Shown one piece after another: positions 61,313-64,000 of a stretch of 64,000 bases of DNA (positions are counted from its first letter, which is position 1; each line of letters opens with the position of its first letter). The DNA is taken from positions 704,001 through 768,000 of the forward strand of contig CBDAOB010000003.1 in assembly GCA_965197905.1 (NCBI GenBank), given 5' to 3'. The DNA comes from Candidatus Latescibacterota bacterium (GTDB lineage Bacteria > Latescibacterota > UBA2968 > UBA8231). The notes under the pieces are model-generated. The model saw only the letters and a list, made by a program, of their open reading frames with translations. It made no database searches and had not been told where the DNA came from. The translations under genes and the position numbers were made by a program.

Positions 61313-64000
61313 ATGACTGTCGGGGAATGTGCAACCCATTCAAAGAGATCCGCAACGCTGCGGTTGGGTCCGCTGATGCGCTCGACCGCTGAGGAATTCG
61401 GATCAGCGTTGCGTCGAACCTTGATGCGCTTGCCGGGTCTGGCCGCACGCGCCGTGAAAATGGAGGCGGCTCACGAATTCTCTTTGCTCCCGGGGGTCGT
61501 CGAGGACGCGCTAGAGATCGTGGAGAATCTAAGATTGATCCAGTTCCGGGGTGGCGATGGACCGCACTACGTGACCATCGATGTGGAGGGGCCGGCTGCA
61601 GTGACCGGATCGGATCTGGCTGGTCCCGGACTGCAGGTGGTGAACCCGAATCAACCGATTGCCACGGTGAATCACGGTGGACGCCTCGAAATGAAGGTTG
61701 AGGTGGCTCTCTCGTTGGATCGGGAATCAGGCCGAGACCGTCGCACCGGGGGTTTCCTGGAGGTCGGCGGCGTCTCTCATCCCGTTACTCGGGTGCAGCT
61801 ACACGTGGAAGAGCGCGATAAAGGGGCGTTCTTGAGCTTGAGCGTGGCGACCAACGGAAGCGTCGAGCCCCGGGTGGCCATCGATCAGGCGGCAACTCTG
61901 CTAGCGTCAGTAGCGACAGGCGAAAGGACTCGGGCCCTCTGCCGCCAGGTTTTGAACGCAAAGACGTTGTCGGAGCCGGCGACTAAGGCGCCACCTCCGG
62001 TCCCGACAGCCCGTGACCTGAGCAAGATGCCACCGGGCATCGAAGTTCCAGACCTTACGGAGTTGTGCCACAGTTCGTTCGAATCCTTTGCACAGCGCGG
62101 GGTGGCACCCAGCCGGCGCCGAAACTCGGGGTTGCAACGATTGCTAAAAGAGGCCTTCGCGGTACAGGAGGAAGCCGAGTTCTCCAGCTACACCCTTAGC
62201 GAGCCGCACTCTGAACCCTCGGAATGTGTGAAATACGGTACGAGCTACCAAGCCGAGTTGACGGTTCGTCACAAGCGGAATGGTGCCCATACAGCCGAAG
62301 ATACGGTTGTGGGTCACCTACCCGTGATGACGGCTCGCGGAACCTTCGTGGTCTCTGGTGTGGAGAAGGTGGCGATGGGCGAGTTGGTGGACGCCTGCGC
62401 GAACAGGACCACGCGGGAGAACGATCTGGCCGAGCGCCGTATAAGGCTCGTAGGAGAGCAGCTGTTCGAGGCATTGGCCGGTGCTTTCGACAGTGCCACC
62501 GAGCAGGAGAATGAACTCCGATTTCCTTACTTCGCTGAAACCGTTAGTAGTTTTTTTACCGCAAATCCGTTGGTGCAACGAGCGGAGACCACAAACCCGC
62601 TGGCGCTCTTGACCCAGCTGCGCCGGGTGGTGCAAACGGATGTGGGTCGGCAACGGGGCTATCTGCCGCGCCAGATTCACCGGTCCCATTGGGGCCGTCT
62701 CTGCAGCATCGATACGCCGGAAGGGGAGCGGATCGGTCTGAATCTGACCGTGGCGGTCCTCGCAGGGGTAGACGAGGATGGCTTCCTTACCGCACCGTAC
62801 CGGCGTCGAACGGACGGCGATCTGGCGTATCTCAACGCCGCCGAGCAGGCGGCCACGACCGTCACCGACGGTTGCTGCTCGGATGGTGACCTGGTCGCCC
62901 GCTACGGCGGCAAGATTCTGGCGCTGAAAGCGGGCGAGATCGTGCGAACCGAGGAAGGTGATGTTGAGTACCTCACCACTCACTCGGCGCACACCCTGGG
63001 TCCTTCCGCCAGCCTCATTCCGTTTCTGGCCAACGACGATTCCAACCGTGCGTTGATGGGGAACAATATGCAAAAGCAGGCGCTGCCTCTGCTCCATCCT
63101 CAGGCTCCGATGGTGCGGACGGGAATGGAAGGCCGCGTCGCCACAGATGCGCGCGCCGCCGTTCTGGCGCCCGCTGAAGGGGTGGTTGAGCGGGTGTCGG
63201 CGGAAGAGATCGTCGTCCGCGGTCACGGCGAACACTCCTTTGGACTGGAAGGGTTTGTTCCCTCTGCCCTCAGTACCTGTCAACGGCAACGACCGTTGGT
63301 TCGACGCGGCCAGAGTGTCACCGCAGGTCAGGTCCTGGCGGACGGTCCTGCCACCGACCATGGAGATCTGGCGCTGGGTCGCAACGTCCTGGTCGGTTTC
63401 CTGCCGTGGGATGGGTTCAATTTCGAGGATGCTGTCGTTGTAAGTCAGCGACTGGTTGACGAAGAAGCGTTCACCTCAGTCAAGGTGAAGGAATACATCG
63501 ACGTGATCCGGAATACCGACACAGATCGCCTCTCCATCGGGATCGGCCACTTGCCACGCAGCACCGGTGACAACCTGTCTCCGTCCGGAATCGTACGCGA
63601 GGGAGCGTCGGTCGCGGGAGGCGATATTTTGGTCGCCAAGTCGACCTCCGGAGCGGAGAGGATCGACCGCTCGCTGCGCCTGCCGTCCGGGCATGCGGGC
63701 ACCGTAATCGGAGTCGATCATTTCATCGCGGACCAGGGCGACCCGTTGGCCGCGAATGTCGAGCAGCTCATCAAGATAAGGGTGGCTGTGCGCCGGCCAC
63801 TGAAGGTTGGGGACAAGCTGGCCAGTCGTCATGGCGCCAAGGGAGTGGTGGGATTGGTTCTTCCCGAAGACGAGATGCCGGTGTTGCCCGACGGAAGGGC
63901 GCTGGAGATGTTGGTGAGCCCGCTGGGATTGCCCAGCCGCATGAACTTCGGCCAGATCCTCGAAGCCCACACCGGCTTTGCTGCCCACGCGCTCAATTGC
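61313..64000 (+). CDS. RNA polymerase alpha-NTD fused to a divergent, minimised beta subunit (partial: 896 codons, no stop before window end)
   Basis: Hand translation gives one open frame. Alpha-like: 'GSALRRTLMRLPG...HEFSLLPGVVED..EI..NL...TNGSVEP'. Beta-like: 'GTFVVSGVEKV', 'HWGRLCSIDTPEG.RIGL', 'LIPFLANDDSNRALMG.NMQKQA', 'GFNFEDA', 'GDKLASRHGAKGVV', 'PSRMNFGQILE'. Confidence 0.9.
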   Translation, partial: MTVGECATHSKRSATLRLGPLMRSTAEEFGSALRRTLMRLPGLAARAVKMEAAHEFSLLPGVVEDALEIVENLRLIQFRGGDGPHYVTIDVEGPAAVTGSDLAGPGLQVVNPNQPIATVNHGGRLEMKVEVALSLDRESGRDRRTGGFLEVGGVSHPVTRVQLHVEERDKGAFLSLSVATNGSVEPRVAIDQAATLLASVATGERTRALCRQVLNAKTLSEPATKAPPPVPTARDLSKMPPGIEVPDLTELCHSSFESFAQRGVAPSRRRNSGLQRLLKEAFAVQEEAEFSSYTLSEPHSEPSECVKYGTSYQAELTVRHKRNGAHTAEDTVVGHLPVMTARGTFVVSGVEKVAMGELVDACANRTTRENDLAERRIRLVGEQLFEALAGAFDSATEQENELRFPYFAETVSSFFTANPLVQRAETTNPLALLTQLRRVVQTDVGRQRGYLPRQIHRSHWGRLCSIDTPEGERIGLNLTVAVLAGVDEDGFLTAPYRRRTDGDLAYLNAAEQAATTVTDGCCSDGDLVARYGGKILALKAGEIVRTEEGDVEYLTTHSAHTLGPSASLIPFLANDDSNRALMGNNMQKQALPLLHPQAPMVRTGMEGRVATDARAAVLAPAEGVVERVSAEEIVVRGHGEHSFGLEGFVPSALSTCQRQRPLVRRGQSVTAGQVLADGPATDHGDLALGRNVLVGFLPWDGFNFEDAVVVSQRLVDEEAFTSVKVKEYIDVIRNTDTDRLSIGIGHLPRSTGDNLSPSGIVREGASVAGGDILVAKSTSGAERIDRSLRLPSGHAGTVIGVDHFIADQGDPLAANVEQLIKIRVAVRRPLKVGDKLASRHGAKGVVGLVLPEDEMPVLPDGRALEMLVSPLGLPSRMNFGQILEAHTGFAAHALNC

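Noticed and set aside
62318..63988. Minus-strand ORFs of 347 and 170 aa
   Set aside because: Antisense to the open plus-strand alpha-beta frame, which carries all the conserved motifs.
61313..64000. Housekeeping rpoB or a decayed rpoA/rpoB pseudogene
   Set aside because: No ribosomal-operon context upstream, and too divergent with the lobe and flap tip missing. Yet it has no stops or frameshifts over 2.7 kb and keeps the catalytic motifs.
1..64000. tRNA, rRNA or prophage genes
   Set aside because: None recognised by eye; a tRNAscan-SE or Rfam run would be needed to exclude small RNAs.

Overview
GC-rich bacterial chromosomal window. The host is most likely an FCB-group lineage such as Candidatus Latescibacterota; this is inferred from FlgD-Ig 'YPNPFN' C-termini, an 'SWGxxK' C-terminal motif and PhyH/beta-propeller paralogues. 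Left to right: the 5' end of a secreted-protein gene; a dense type II toxin-antitoxin cluster (4 intact pairs, an orphan HigA and at least 4 remnants); a ~13.5-kb giant adhesin-like gene (FG-GAP/IPT/FN3/FlgD-Ig) split by four frameshifts; an ISKra4 element; a catabolic cluster; a MITE; a secreted cytochrome c + copper monooxygenase fusion; an XRE-flanked ubiquitin-like operon (Ubl-GG, putative E2, two-domain E1); two PcfJ paralogues; a UGA-containing deiodinase-like selenoprotein; transport and housekeeping genes; and an orphan fliG. The most striking feature is missing from the ORF track because it runs off the right edge: a stand-alone ORF from 61313 in which an RNA polymerase alpha N-terminal domain is fused in frame to a streamlined, divergent beta subunit. 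The beta lobe and flap-tip helix are deleted, the rifamycin pocket is altered, and catalytic motifs are retained. Many genes carry single-base indels in short homopolymers, probably sequencing error. All family calls come from motif recognition by eye, not database searches.
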